From Curvularia clavata (lineage: Eukaryota), in assembly GCA_023920165.1 (NCBI GenBank), contig CP089281.1:248001-312000 (forward strand): a DNA stretch of 64,000 nt. Direction: 5' to 3'. A program made the position numbers and the translations under genes. Position 1 is the stretch's first letter, and each line of letters starts with the position of its first letter. Below the pieces are notes generated by a model. That model saw nothing but the letters and a program-made list of their open reading frames with translations. It had not been told where the DNA came from and did not search any database. Shown one piece after another: positions 61,908-64,000 of the stretch.

Positions 61908-62759
61908 CTAGGACATTGCCTTCACCTCAGTCGACTGCGCCACTGGCCCCCTCCTAACCATAGTCTTCTCACCCACCGGCACAAACCCCACATGCATATA
62001 GACGCGCCTCGCCATTGCACTCGACTTGAGATACATGGGCGTAACCGGCTCCGTCGCATCGGCCTGCTCAATCGCCCAGTCTAACAGTCGCCTTGCAACC
62101 CCACGGCCCTGGAAGTCGGGCCAGGTGATGAGCAGCGCCAGGTACCAATGCGGCTCGCCCTTCATGACCTGCGCTCTCTCCTTGTCGTCTTCGGCCGGCC
62201 CCTCGTGCCAGCTGTCTATGATGCTCGCCCACATTTCATCGACATCGGCATCGCTCCAGCCTAGCGATGTCTGCCAGTTGTAGAATGAGAGGGCGCTGCG
62301 ACGAAAGGGATCATGGGTGCTGTTCGTATCGGGGCGGCCCCAACAGGCTGCGCCAATGGTTTCGCCGGTAGAGGCGAGCACGGCTTTGACGAAGGCGAAC
62401 TCCTTGTGTGCGAGAATGGCCTCGAGGCGCTTTGCGAAGCGCTGTATGCTGACAGTCTCGGAAGGGCGCAGCTCTGCTGGCTCTTTCGCTGCCCATGTCT
62501 CTTCAGAGTAACATGCGCGGAGTCCTTTTGCCTGTGCAAAGCAGTGTCAGTACCGGCCGTCTCTTTGGTTGGATTCTTCCGAGGCTCTGACCAGTTATGG
62601 AAGTGTGCTCTTACATACAATTGTCATGGCATCTTCTACCGTGCACATCTCAACCCGGATGTCGGTGTCTTTCATACGTCTCTCAGGCGCTACAGGCGTT
62701 GTTTGGGGACCTGACTGGTCTGCCGGAACTATGCTGGAGTCTGTCTTTTCTTGCGCCAT
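61908..62759 (-). CDS. GNAT family acetyltransferase (2 exons)
   Basis: HWYLALL.T.PDFQGRGVARRLL and Y...GF. Exon 1 reads MAQEKTD...DAMTI; intron 62618-62532 (GTATGT..CTGAC..CAG) restores the frame. Confidence 0.87.
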
Positions 62760-63293
62760 GGTCGCCGTGGATTACTCGAGTCGGTGTGAAAAACGATGCT
62801 GAAGCCTGTTGATCTCTTCGCAGGCTGTGAGACAGTCATGCCCAAACCCAAGATGACAGGTAGTTGCCTGAATCCTCCGCACCCCTCTTAAAACTGGTTT
62901 TCCCCACGGGCTCCGCAGTCTTACTCCACCCTCTTGCTCCTGGCAGCGTTCCATGAGAACTGATTTTGAACAAATCAAGGAACATAGTCAGACCATGGCA
63001 AACGCGGAAAAGGCTTAATCGTCCCTCGTGTAGGGGGTTGGTTTTGGGTGGGTGGGGTGTGATTGAACAAAGCGGGTGAAGGCTCCCTTCCCGTAGTTGC
63101 ACCTTCCTCATCAAGGCAGCTGCCAAGTTGGACTGGATGCTGACTCGGAATCGACATGGAGTTATGACTAAGGATTTTCTTCGACGTCGGCGTCGTAAAA
63201 GGAATGATTGCTTCTATCACACTTGTATATTCATGTGCGACGAGACAACAGAAGTGAGTTTGGTACTTTGAAATCTACATGGAAGCACAGCCA

Positions 63294-64000
<707 letters not shown>

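Overview
Gene-dense, intron-containing DNA from a filamentous ascomycete (short GT-AG introns with CTRAY branch points). It looks Dothideomycete/Pleosporales-like, which is an inference. About 26 protein-coding genes are supportable. Housekeeping and metabolic genes: sugar porter, glutaminyl cyclase, AA9 LPMO, JIP5, PMU1-like phosphatase, PTH11-like membrane protein, ArsH, 5-formyl-THF cyclo-ligase-like protein, SLC10A7/RCH1-like transporter, 2-hydroxyacid dehydrogenase, mitochondrial carrier, SPT16, GT31, GNAT and an aldo-keto reductase. Two immunity-like islands sit among them. The strongest signal is at 10.6-14.8 kb. A spliced HeLo-like effector gene ends in two 21-aa HET-s-type amyloid pseudo-repeats, and a NACHT-ankyrin NLR immediately downstream carries one gap-free matching copy (R0) at its N-terminus. 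This is an apparently complete amyloid-signalling cell-death pair, with a HET-domain gene about 2 kb further on. The second island (40-53 kb) has a Goodbye-NACHT-TPR-like-ZZ NLR beside a head-to-head pair of T5orf172/GIY-YIG nuclease-like genes. A three-exon, 66-aa, 8-Cys secreted peptide gene missed by the ORF track lies at 35055-35379. Exon models were read by eye and family assignments come from recognising motifs, not from database searches. No tRNA, rRNA, CRISPR or intact transposon was found.
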